64,000 nucleotides of DNA, taken from Bacteroides uniformis. Lineage in GTDB: Bacteria > Bacillota_I > Bacilli_A > RFN20 > CAG-826. Under the pieces are notes generated by a model. That model was not told the origin of the DNA, did not search any database, and saw nothing but the letters and a program-made list of their open reading frames with translations. Shown here piece after piece: positions 1 to 6,280 of the stretch (within the stretch, counting starts at the first letter, position 1; each line of letters starts with the position of its first letter). Location: contig CAVIBR010000007.1 in the NCBI GenBank assembly GCA_963641445.1, positions 2,525 through 66,524 on the forward strand. Direction: 5' to 3'. The translations under genes and the position numbers were made by a program.

Positions 1-133
1 ACTCGCCCCATTGGCGCCCGTTGTAGAAATCGTCGTCCTCCTCTATCGAGGCGACGAGGTCGGTCTTCGCCTGGTACTGCCTCCAGAATCTGTCGTGGAG
101 GAGCGCGTTCATGCTCTCGTTTCCCTTGGCCAT
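1..133 (-). CDS. phage portal protein, N-terminal fragment (truncated by window edge)
   Basis: ATG at 133-131 lies 3 nt after the upstream stop. Reads MAKGNESMNALLHDRFWRQYQAKTDLVASIEEDDDFYNGRQWGE. It sits directly after terL and has a YxGxQW-type motif like SPP1-type portals. Confidence 0.5.
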   Translation of the reverse strand, partial: MAKGNESMNALLHDRFWRQYQAKTDLVASIEEDDDFYNGRQWGE

Positions 134-136
134 CCG

Positions 137-373
137 TCAGCTCTCCTTTCTCCCTTGGTCGGGCCTGAATGGGTGGGAGGCCCTGAAGTCCCCGAAACCC
201 ATCATCCTCCTCTGCGCGTCGGCGGCTCTCTCCCTTGCCGGCGCGGTATCCGTTCTCTCTTCCTTCCTCATGCCCTCGATCTCCTTCCTGAGGGCGCTTA
301 TCTCGGAGGACTGCTCGGCCACCCTGGCCTCAAGCTCCCCCATCATCATGAGGATCCTCCTCTTGCTCACCAT
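137..373 (-). CDS. small Glu/Arg-rich coiled-coil-like phage protein (78 aa)
   Basis: Internal ATG of tracked ORF 137..598. Its ATG overlaps the terL stop (ATGGTGA), so it is translationally coupled. Confidence 0.5.
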   Translation of the reverse strand: MVSKRRILMMMGELEARVAEQSSEISALRKEIEGMRKEERTDTAPARERAADAQRRMMGFGDFRASHPFRPDQGRKES

Positions 374-2202
374 GTCATGTACCTCCTCACGACCTTCCTC
401 TCCTTCCTCAATGGGTCGAAGCCCATGCCCTTCCTGCCTTGCCTTGCGGCTTTCTCCACGGTCGCCGGGTACGCGCCCCTGACCAGGAAGAATCCGGCGT
501 ATGCCATGACGAGGTCGTCGTGCGCCCCGCCCTCGGCCATCGCCTTCTCCTTGCCGGACCTGCCGGATCTTATGTAGGAGAAGGACTCCATCTCGCATAT
601 CGTCGCGAAGTCATTGACGATCGAGCCCCCGGACTCCCTGAAGGCGACCACGAGGTCGTCTATCATCCTCTGGCGGTTCGACTGCTTGGTCTTGTACCCG
701 TAGCTCGCCATGAGCCTGCCGGATATGGCCTCGGTGTCCCTGTCCACGTAGACGTCCCTGACGCCCAGCCTCTTCATCGTGTTCACGAAGTAGGCGGTGG
801 TGTTGGTCTCGCCGGCCACCATGACCCTGCCCGAGGCGGCATGGAACTCCTCATAGAGGCAGTATGACTGGAAGGTGGCCTCATCCGCGTCGCAGCCCCT
901 CTTGTGGAACGTGGCGCACTGGGAGCAGTCCGAGTTGTCGATGAGCTGCGTCGCCCAGCAGTCCTCCCCGCCCATCGCGGGGTCGTTGACCATCACGTAC
1001 GGGTGCCCGGCCTCCGGCTCTCTGTAGATCGAGACCGCCCCGTTCGGGTCATCCGCCCACTCGATGCCGGAGAGCGACACCCTCCCGCCGTCTGATGAGA
1101 CGGATCTCCTGTATATGTAGTAACCCCTCCTCAATGGCTCCTTGGAGAGCAATTCGCCCTTCCTTCTCGAGACTATCGCCGAATTGAAGACGCTCGATCC
1201 GGATGAGACGAACATCTCCACCGGGTCGGAGGGGTATTCCTGCGCCATCCTGGCATCATCCTGCCCCGCTGTCTCCCATTTGGCGTGCCACCACTGCAGC
1301 TGGTCATCCGTGAGATGGTGCCTTTCTTTCATCTCCAATTCCTTCGGGGTGAGCCTGTGGCCGTCGTAGCGCATCGAGTAGGAGGGCTCCATGAACCACG
1401 GGATGAAGACCGACCTGAACATGCCCTTGCCGGACATCCCCATGTCGTACATCCTCTTCCACTCGTTGGCGCCGTTGGCCGTGGTCTCCCTGAAGATTAT
1501 CGAATCGATGTCGGTGTCCCCGACGGTGTTCTCGAGCGCCAGGCAGGTGCCCGCTATGTCGTCCCAGAAGGCGACCTCGGACTCGTGGACGTAGTCGAAG
1601 GTATTCGATCTCCCGGCGCCCTCGCCCTGGACGACCACCTTTATGGAGGAGGTGACGCCCCTCCCGTAGTCGAAGGTCAGCTCATAGGCGTTCTTGGCCT
1701 TCTTCCGGAGGTTCCTCCTGAGGTACTCCGGCGTGGTCTCATAGAGCAATTGGTATTTCTCGAAGAGCCCCGATGCGTGCCCGGCCACGTCGGCGACTAT
1801 GGCGCATCTCCTGCCGGGGATGAATGCGGTCAATGGGAAGAAGACCCCGGCCACGAAGGTCGAGCCGCCCATCTGGCGCGACTTGCCGTCGTTTATCCTT
1901 ATGGGCTTCCCCTCCCTCCTCATCAGGCACATCTCTTTGTAGAGCGCTATCTGCGAGGCGTTGAGCTCGAATGGGGCCACGCCCCCTCTCCCATCGCCCC
2001 TCTTGGTGGAGATCCTCTCATGGGCCTCCATGTAGCGCCACAATGGGTACCATCTCTGCTCCCCCGATTTGGGGTCTTTGAACCAGAATCCCATCTCGCG
2101 GTCGAACCCCGGGAGCTCCTCATCAGCCCTCGTATGCCTCATCAAGGGAGACCCATCGTCCTTGAGGATGGGATTGCCCATGGAATCCAAGACCGGTATC
2201 AT
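367..2202 (-). CDS. terL: terminase large subunit
   Basis: 611 aa. Has an ATPase P-loop-like GKSRQMGGST and a C-terminal nuclease-like GGAHDDLVMA. ATGA overlap with the upstream ORF, and a portal follows. Confidence 0.9.
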   Translation of the reverse strand: MIPVLDSMGNPILKDDGSPLMRHTRADEELPGFDREMGFWFKDPKSGEQRWYPLWRYMEAHERISTKRGDGRGGVAPFELNASQIALYKEMCLMRREGKPIRINDGKSRQMGGSTFVAGVFFPLTAFIPGRRCAIVADVAGHASGLFEKYQLLYETTPEYLRRNLRKKAKNAYELTFDYGRGVTSSIKVVVQGEGAGRSNTFDYVHESEVAFWDDIAGTCLALENTVGDTDIDSIIFRETTANGANEWKRMYDMGMSGKGMFRSVFIPWFMEPSYSMRYDGHRLTPKELEMKERHHLTDDQLQWWHAKWETAGQDDARMAQEYPSDPVEMFVSSGSSVFNSAIVSRRKGELLSKEPLRRGYYIYRRSVSSDGGRVSLSGIEWADDPNGAVSIYREPEAGHPYVMVNDPAMGGEDCWATQLIDNSDCSQCATFHKRGCDADEATFQSYCLYEEFHAASGRVMVAGETNTTAYFVNTMKRLGVRDVYVDRDTEAISGRLMASYGYKTKQSNRQRMIDDLVVAFRESGGSIVNDFATICEMESFSYIRSGRSGKEKAMAEGGAHDDLVMAYAGFFLVRGAYPATVEKAARQGRKGMGFDPLRKERKVVRRYMTW

Positions 2203-2543
2203 CGGCCATCCCCTTCCGGCGGCGCGAAGAAATCCAATGGCTCCCCGCCGGAGGTGACGTCGACCTGCTGCCTGGCCTCTCCCAATGCCGATGAGAGCTC
2301 CTTGAGGGACATCCTCTCCGGGTGCTCGAGCCTGTCACCGACCCACGCCTCTATGAGGGCGTCGCCCAAAGACGAGCCATCCTCCCCCTTCGAGGCCAAT
2401 GCGCCCGACAGGGCCTCCCTGAGGCTGAACGCCCCATCGCCCTTGTCCCCCCTCTTGGAGAGGTAGTATTCCTTCCAGTCCTTCCTCATGCTGGCTATAA
2501 TATAACGCCTCAAAAGCCCTTTTTCAAGCGGACTGCGTTGCAT
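2199..2543 (-). CDS. putative terminase small subunit (by position only)
   Basis: 114-aa ORF whose stop overlaps the terL ATG. No motif recognised. An alternative ATG at 2489 is preceded by TTGAAA-17-TATATT. Confidence 0.4.
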   Translation of the reverse strand: MQRSPLEKGLLRRYIIASMRKDWKEYYLSKRGDKGDGAFSLREALSGALASKGEDGSSLGDALIEAWVGDRLEHPERMSLKELSSALGEARQQVDVTSGGEPLDFFAPPEGDGR

Positions 2544-2710
2544 TGCGCAACATTCGCGTCATAATATGCCAGCCAATCCGGGGCGGGTGCCCTTTTCTTT
2601 TGGGAAGGTAAGGGAAGATGAGGGAATGCCTGAAATCATGGGGCGGATTTAGGGGAGGGGCATTGTTTGATGGAAGACCACCCCGCCTGTTCCCCGTGTG
2701 GGGGGTGGGG

Positions 2711-2768
2711 TCCCTCTCCCTCCTTCCTTCTCTTTCCTTCTCCTTTGCCTTCCTTCTTCCTTCCCTTG
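2711..2768. repeat. 58-nt polypyrimidine (CT) tract with a single purine
   Basis: tccctctccctccttccttctctttccttctcctttgccttccttcttccttccctt read directly. ORFs across it translate to low-complexity S/F/L/P strings. Confidence 0.8.
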
Positions 2769-2877
2769 GCGGCGTTTTGGGGCTTCATGCCCTCTTTTTT
2801 TGCTCAAAAACTGCACAATCAAAAGAAAAATAAAGGTTTCATCGTGTAAAGTTCGTTTTTTGGAAAATGAACGATAT

Positions 2878-2910
2878 AAAAAAGCATCTCAGATATTGGC
2901 ATCCGATGCC
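2878..2910 (-). terminator. possible intrinsic terminator (minus strand)
   Basis: On the minus strand reads GCATC-N16-GATGC followed by TTTTTT. The stem is short and the loop long. Confidence 0.3.
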
Positions 2911-2971
2911 TTCATGCGCACGCATCCGCGTTTGTAGACTAATTCAAGATAGTAAATAAATAATATTTTCA

Positions 2972-3017
2972 GTTAACTAGCCATTAATTAACTTACTTTG
3001 TTAACTAATTATTAACT
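2972..3017. repeat. four phased (G/A)TTAACT(A) repeats in an AT-rich spacer
   Basis: TTAACT at 2973, 2988, 3001 and 3012 (11-15 bp spacing), upstream of the packaging genes. Confidence 0.6.
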
Positions 3018-3324
3018 GAGTCTTACTTTTTGACTTAGTTTAGGTATTTTAGTTTTTCGTTTTCTGGCGGCTTCTCTTTTTCTCTCTGGGGTGTGTTCTC
3101 ATGCGCGACTAGCAAATTTAAAGAGAGTGAATAAGTATACCCAAGGAAGTATATATATTTATATCCGCATTCGCTCATATTGCCACATCATCAGTATTTA
3201 ATTTTATGGGCATTGCCATTTAAAAAACTTTTTTTCTTTCTCTTGCTTTGAAATTATCTTAAAAATATTTCTTCGATGTAATCTAGGTTTTTTATGTTTT
3301 TTGAAAGAATTTAATTATTTTCTA

Positions 3325-3354
3325 TTGCGTATGGGGTCAGTATGTGTTTATAAT
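3325..3354 (+). promoter_or_regulatory. sigma-A-like promoter of cassette A
   Basis: TTGCGT (3325-3330), 18-nt spacer, TATAAT (3349-3354), in an AT-rich context. Confidence 0.55.
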
Positions 3355-3393
3355 AATGTCGTTCCCAATGAGAGGAAGAAAGGAGGCGAGCCC

Positions 3394-3447
3394 GTGAAAA
3401 TCTTATTGAGAACGCCCCGCGTAAGTTGCAGGCCTGATTATGGATGA
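3394..3447 (+). CDS. leader mini-ORF A (17 codons, GTG start)
   Basis: AAAGGAGG lies 7 nt upstream of the GTG. Its TGA stop (3445-3447) overlaps the ATG at 3440 of the next ORF (ATGGATGA). Confidence 0.35.
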   Translation: MKILLRTPRVSCRPDYG

Positions 3448-3532
3448 AAAGAAAATCAAGCGCCTAATAATGCTACTCACAATAGCAAAGCTGGCGCTTG
3501 AGATCCTAATTCACATAATTAGTTTAGCCTAA
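3440..3532 (+). CDS. 30-aa amphipathic/hydrophobic peptide A (candidate type I toxin)
   Basis: MDEKKIKRLIMLLTIAKLALEILIHIISLA. No SD of its own, so it appears coupled to the leader. A paralog at 4582-4677 shares 11/21 residues, 7 of them through synonymous codon changes. Confidence 0.5.
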   Translation: MDEKKIKRLIMLLTIAKLALEILIHIISLA

Positions 3533-3549
3533 AAGGCGGGCGGCGTCAA
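3521..3549 (-). promoter_or_regulatory. antisense promoter A
   Basis: The minus strand reads TTGACG (3549-3544), 17 nt, TAAACT (3526-3521). It points back across peptide ORF A. The same boxes and spacing recur in cassette B. Confidence 0.5.
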
Positions 3550-3583
3550 GCGGGGCGGCGCCGTTTCGCTCAACGGGTAAAGG

Positions 3584-3787
3584 ATGCCAAGGAAGAGCAA
3601 GGAGCAGGAAAGGAAAGAGAGACAATACCAGAGGCAAAACGGATGGGCAAAGGAAAACACGAAGAAATACGCTGTTAGACTATCATACATCCAAGACGCC
3701 GAAATGATAGAGTTTCTCGAAAAGAAAGAAAGCAAAGCCGGCTACATTAAAGAATTGATAAAAAAAGACATGGAAGCCAGCAAATAA
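3584..3787 (+). CDS. ribbon-helix-helix-like small DNA-binding protein A (67 aa)
   Basis: Basic N-terminus, then a beta-strand/helix/helix pattern (KKYAVRLSY / DAEMIEFLEKK / KAGYIKELIKKDM). SD AAAGG precedes the ATG. Confidence 0.6.
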   Translation: MPRKSKEQERKERQYQRQNGWAKENTKKYAVRLSYIQDAEMIEFLEKKESKAGYIKELIKKDMEASK

Positions 3788-3939
3788 GAAAACTACCGCA
3801 GACGGTCGCACCCGCAAAGTAAAACCGCACACGGTAGCCAAACGGTGGCAAGCCTGAGCCAGCCCCGGCCAGATTGTACCACCCTAAAAGGAAAGGGGCA
3901 ACAAGAAGCCCCATAGGGGCATGAAAGGACAATCTGAAA

Positions 3940-4416
3940 ATGCTTAGAACGAACTCAAAACAAGTCAACAACAAGATCCGCGAGGCCTTCGCATCCGATG
4001 CGATGGGCTGCGCCGCCGAGTGGGCCGAATGGCTCCAGGAAAGCCCGGAGGATCTCGAGAAGGCCAAGGAGCAAGGGAGATGGGGGACGCTTGAGGCGCT
4101 CGCCATTCTCGCAGGCGTCGAAGGCTCCGAGAAGGGCATAGAGGCCCAAAAGCTCGCCGCCGATTTCATAAAAGAGACGGCAATGAAAGAGAAAGCCTAT
4201 GACGGCGCGCATTGGTCCCCTTCGCTCTTCGCCGAGTGGTGCCAGGGTTTGCCGGGCGCCCTCGACACTGCAAAATGGTACTGCCATAGCGCGATAGATT
4301 ACTGCAAAAGCCTTTTGGAGGAGACGGACGAGGAGGCCTCCAGATACTCCGAGACCGACGCCGAGGAATTGATCACAAATTTATTCTTCAGGGAGATAAA
4401 CAAATTAGCCAGATGA
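3940..4416 (+). CDS. hypothetical acidic protein (158 aa), cargo of cassette A
   Basis: ATG preceded by AAAGGA. Non-repetitive, protein-like composition. No family recognised. Confidence 0.6.
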   Translation: MLRTNSKQVNNKIREAFASDAMGCAAEWAEWLQESPEDLEKAKEQGRWGTLEALAILAGVEGSEKGIEAQKLAADFIKETAMKEKAYDGAHWSPSLFAEWCQGLPGALDTAKWYCHSAIDYCKSLLEETDEEASRYSETDAEELITNLFFREINKLAR

Positions 4417-4442
4417 AAAAACAAGGGGGATAAATCCCCCTT
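4414..4442 (-). terminator. intrinsic terminator oriented for the minus strand
   Basis: 8-bp stem AAGGGGGA/TCCCCCTT with a 4-nt loop. The U-tract (GTTTTTTCA) is present only on the minus strand. Confidence 0.6.
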
Positions 4443-4464
4443 CAAAAGAAAAACAAAATAATCG

Positions 4465-4493
4465 TTGCATAGTAAGCCACTACATTATACAAT
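4465..4493 (+). promoter_or_regulatory. sigma-A-like promoter of cassette B
   Basis: TTGCAT (4465-4470), 17-nt spacer, TACAAT (4488-4493). Confidence 0.55.
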
Positions 4494-4522
4494 GATGCTG
4501 CGAAAAGGAGGGAAAAACCCGA

Positions 4523-4585
4523 ATGATCGCAAGCCGAGGGGCTGACGCACCCAAGGCGCAAAGGGCCGGAGGGATACCCCCATAA
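4523..4585 (+). CDS. leader mini-ORF B (20 codons)
   Basis: AAAAGGAGGG upstream. The TAA stop (4583-4585) overlaps the aligned first codon of peptide B. Its amino acids are unrelated to leader A. Confidence 0.3.
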   Translation: MIASRGADAPKAQRAGGIPP

Positions 4586-4677
4586 GGAAGCCGAAAAAGA
4601 AAACTCTAGAGGCCTTAATAATCGTTCTGACGATAATTAAATTGCTTCTAGAGATCTTCGAAGCTCTTATAGTCTAA
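4582..4677 (+). CDS. peptide B, paralog of peptide A, without a canonical start (aligned start codon is ATA)
   Basis: IRKPKKKTLEALIIVLTIIKLLLEIFEALIV. The frame is open only from 4546 and has no ATG/GTG/TTG. Either a start-inactivated copy or coupled non-AUG reinitiation. Confidence 0.35.
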   Translation: MRKPKKKTLEALIIVLTIIKLLLEIFEALIV

Positions 4678-4699
4678 CCGATTAGGCCCGAGGCGTCAA
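4671..4699 (-). promoter_or_regulatory. antisense promoter B
   Basis: The minus strand reads TTGACG (4699-4694), 17 nt, TAGACT (4676-4671). The spacer sequence differs from A but the length and boxes are conserved. Confidence 0.5.
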
Positions 4700-4797
4700 G
4701 GGGGCGCGAAGCCCCGCCCATAAGGGCAAGGAGGAACCAAAAGACGAAAGACAAGGCGAAAGAGAGGGCGAGGGCCAAGCGCTGGAAGGATAGGAAC

Positions 4798-4935
4798 ATG
4801 ATAAAAATATCCGTGAATCTCAACATAGGGACCAACGCGAGGGATCAAGCCATAGCGGAATGGCTGGAGAGCCAGCCCAGCAAATCCGAGGCGCTCAAGG
4901 ACGCCGCCTACAAGGCACTATCCGAGGAGAAATAA
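4798..4935 (+). CDS. ribbon-helix-helix-like protein B (45 aa from first ATG; homologous frame open from 4678)
   Basis: MIKISVNLN...AIAEWLESQ...EALKDAAYKAL. The upstream in-frame KERARAKRWKDRN matches the N-terminus of RHH A but has no canonical start after SD AAGGAGG (4728-4734). Confidence 0.45.
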   Translation: MIKISVNLNIGTNARDQAIAEWLESQPSKSEALKDAAYKALSEEK

Positions 4936-5059
4936 GAAAAGCGCACCGGTTAAATACCACTCTAAGCGGTGCGCTCACAGGTTGCAAGGAGGCCAAAGCC
5001 CCGAAGCCCCCACATTGTAACCCTAAAAAGCCAGGAGGGGCAACAAAGGAGTTACAGAA

Positions 5060-5350
5060 ATGAGAGAATTAATCATCAAAGACCTTTCCGGGATATTCGG
5101 AAGCTTCAAAGCGGAGGACGTCGCAAAAGCGGTCATAGGCCGCATCGATGAGACCCATATAGCGGAGGGCGAGAGCCTCGAGGACGCCATCAGGGAGGCG
5201 CTAGACGCCGAGATGATATACGACGATGACAAATGGGCGGTGATAGCCAACTACAGCGACCCGGACAGCCCACTATCCTACGCCGAGGCGGAAGAGCTGT
5301 TCTTCGATGACCTCCTCCAATGCGTCGAGGCCCAGGAGATGGGCGACTAG
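5060..5350 (+). CDS. strongly acidic hypothetical protein (96 aa)
   Basis: SD AAAGGAG then ATG. 26 D/E against 7 K/R, counted by eye. Confidence 0.6.
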   Translation: MRELIIKDLSGIFGSFKAEDVAKAVIGRIDETHIAEGESLEDAIREALDAEMIYDDDKWAVIANYSDPDSPLSYAEAEELFFDDLLQCVEAQEMGD

Positions 5351-5359
5351 GGGGACGGC

Positions 5360-5647
5360 ATGATGAAGACCTTAGGGATGAATTACAAGGCCAAGACGGG
5401 GGCGGTCGTCGCCCTCACCCTGGAAGGGGAGGACATAACCGCATTGCACGAGGCGGCATCGGCGATAAGGGCGAAAAAAGTCAGGCTCTACACCGACCCG
5501 GTGGCCGACGAGACCTACCTATGGGGGCGCACGGAATCGGGCATCCGCTTCTCGAGCGAGAATTGCCCGCTCTCCATAACCTGGGGGGTGGCGGAAGGCG
5601 AGGAGAAACCCATCAGGATAGAGGGGCGCATCAGGGTCGGGGGTTAG
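5360..5647 (+). CDS. hypothetical protein (95 aa)
   Basis: Lies 9 nt after the previous stop with a GGGGGA SD-like sequence. Protein-like composition, unlike the Gly/Arg-rich overlapping frame 5320..5691. Confidence 0.55.
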   Translation: MMKTLGMNYKAKTGAVVALTLEGEDITALHEAASAIRAKKVRLYTDPVADETYLWGRTESGIRFSSENCPLSITWGVAEGEEKPIRIEGRIRVGG

Positions 5648-5695
5648 GCGATAGGCCACTCACGATTGAAGGGGCAATCAAGATAGCATAAAAAT

Positions 5696-5726
5696 AAGCC
5701 ATAATAAAATATTATGGCTTTTATTT
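5696..5726 (+). terminator. intrinsic terminator after cassette B
   Basis: 10-bp stem AAGCCATAAT/ATTATGGCTT, 5-nt loop, TTATTT tail. The upstream A-run may make it bidirectional. Confidence 0.7.
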
Positions 5727-5729
5727 CGC

Positions 5730-5758
5730 TTGCATTTTATCGTGCATTGCACTACATT
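5730..5758 (+). promoter_or_regulatory. promoter with operator palindrome of the toxin-antitoxin pair
   Basis: TTGCAT-17-TACATT. The perfect inverted repeat GTGCA-T-TGCAC (5742-5752) lies in the spacer. Confidence 0.5.
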
Positions 5759-5786
5759 AAAGGTGCCATAGCAAGGAGGCAAAAGA

Positions 5787-6008
5787 ATGAACGTGACAAT
5801 AAGGATGAGCGACGGGGAAAGGAAGATAGCCGACTCATACGCCAGATGCGAGGGGATGAGCCTCTCGGAGGCGATAAAGAGGGTTTTCTTCGAGGCCGTC
5901 GAGGAGGAATACGACCTAGCCGAGGCGAAAGCCGTCTCCGAGAGGATCGCCAGCGGGGAGGAGAAAACCTATTCGCTCGATGAGGCGGAGAAGATGCTGG
6001 GATTATGA
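5787..6008 (+). CDS. RHH-type antitoxin (RelB/CopG-like)
   Basis: 73 aa. SD AAGGAGG. The N-terminal beta-strand VTIRMSD plus helices fit an RHH fold. ATGA overlap with the toxin gene. Confidence 0.7.
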   Translation: MNVTIRMSDGERKIADSYARCEGMSLSEAIKRVFFEAVEEEYDLAEAKAVSERIASGEEKTYSLDEAEKMLGL

Positions 6009-6280
6009 CCGGGAAGGAATACCACCCGAGATATTCGGAAAGCGCAATCAGGCAATTGAGGAAGATGGACCGCCAGACGGCGCTTCTGATAACGAGATGG
6101 GTAAGGAAGAACCTTGACGGCATAGCGGACCCAAGGCGGATTGGGAAACCCTTGAAAGGAGGGCTCAACCTCTACTGGCGCTATCGCGTCGGGGACTATA
6201 GGATCCTCGCTGAGATAGTCGACGCCGAGTTCGTGATAGACGTCGTGAAAATCAGCCATAGGAGGGACGTATATGAATAG
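6005..6280 (+). CDS. relE: RelE/ParE-family type II toxin
   Basis: 91 aa. ...LKGGLNLYWRYRVGDYRILAEIVDAEFVIDVVKISHRRDVY is the typical RelE/StbE C-terminal pattern. Confidence 0.8.
   Translation: MTGKEYHPRYSESAIRQLRKMDRQTALLITRWVRKNLDGIADPRRIGKPLKGGLNLYWRYRVGDYRILAEIVDAEFVIDVVKISHRRDVYE

Noticed and set aside
1285-2466. 393-aa plus-strand ORF, and also 11..577 and 439..867 (+), overlapping terL
   Set aside because: These are antisense shadow ORFs typical of GC-rich DNA. They translate to Pro/Gly/Arg/His/Leu-rich low-complexity sequence, have no SD, and fully overlap a motif-bearing terminase gene on the other strand.
2640-2715. G-run cluster (GGGG..GGGGAGGGG..GGGGGGTGGGG) as a G-quadruplex
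   Set aside because: One loop would be about 40 nt, so it is not a canonical G4. It is folded into the finding on the non-coding region instead.
2618-2937. Three overlapping plus-strand ORFs (71, 60, 79 aa) and a 49-codon minus-strand ORF (to ATG 2788) in the terS-upstream spacer
   Set aside because: They run through the polypyrimidine/polypurine tract and translate to low-complexity strings (SFLLP... or KGRKKEGKGEGKRRKEGEG). No convincing SD or spacing. Treated as non-coding.
3533-3583. Conserved GGCGTCAAG(C/G)GGGGCG block read as part of a coding sequence linking the peptide and the RHH
   Set aside because: The block falls in different reading frames in cassettes A and B, and cassette A has an extra in-frame TAA (3578). 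The conservation is at nucleotide level and coincides with the -35 box of the antisense promoter.
4860-5691. Alternative-frame ORFs 4860..5063, 4969..5151 and 5320..5691 (+), and 5023..5250 (-)
   Set aside because: These frames are Gly/Arg/Pro-rich and lack an SD. The chosen frames (4798..4935, 5060..5350, 5360..5647) have an SD plus ATG, protein-like composition and, for the RHH, a paralog.
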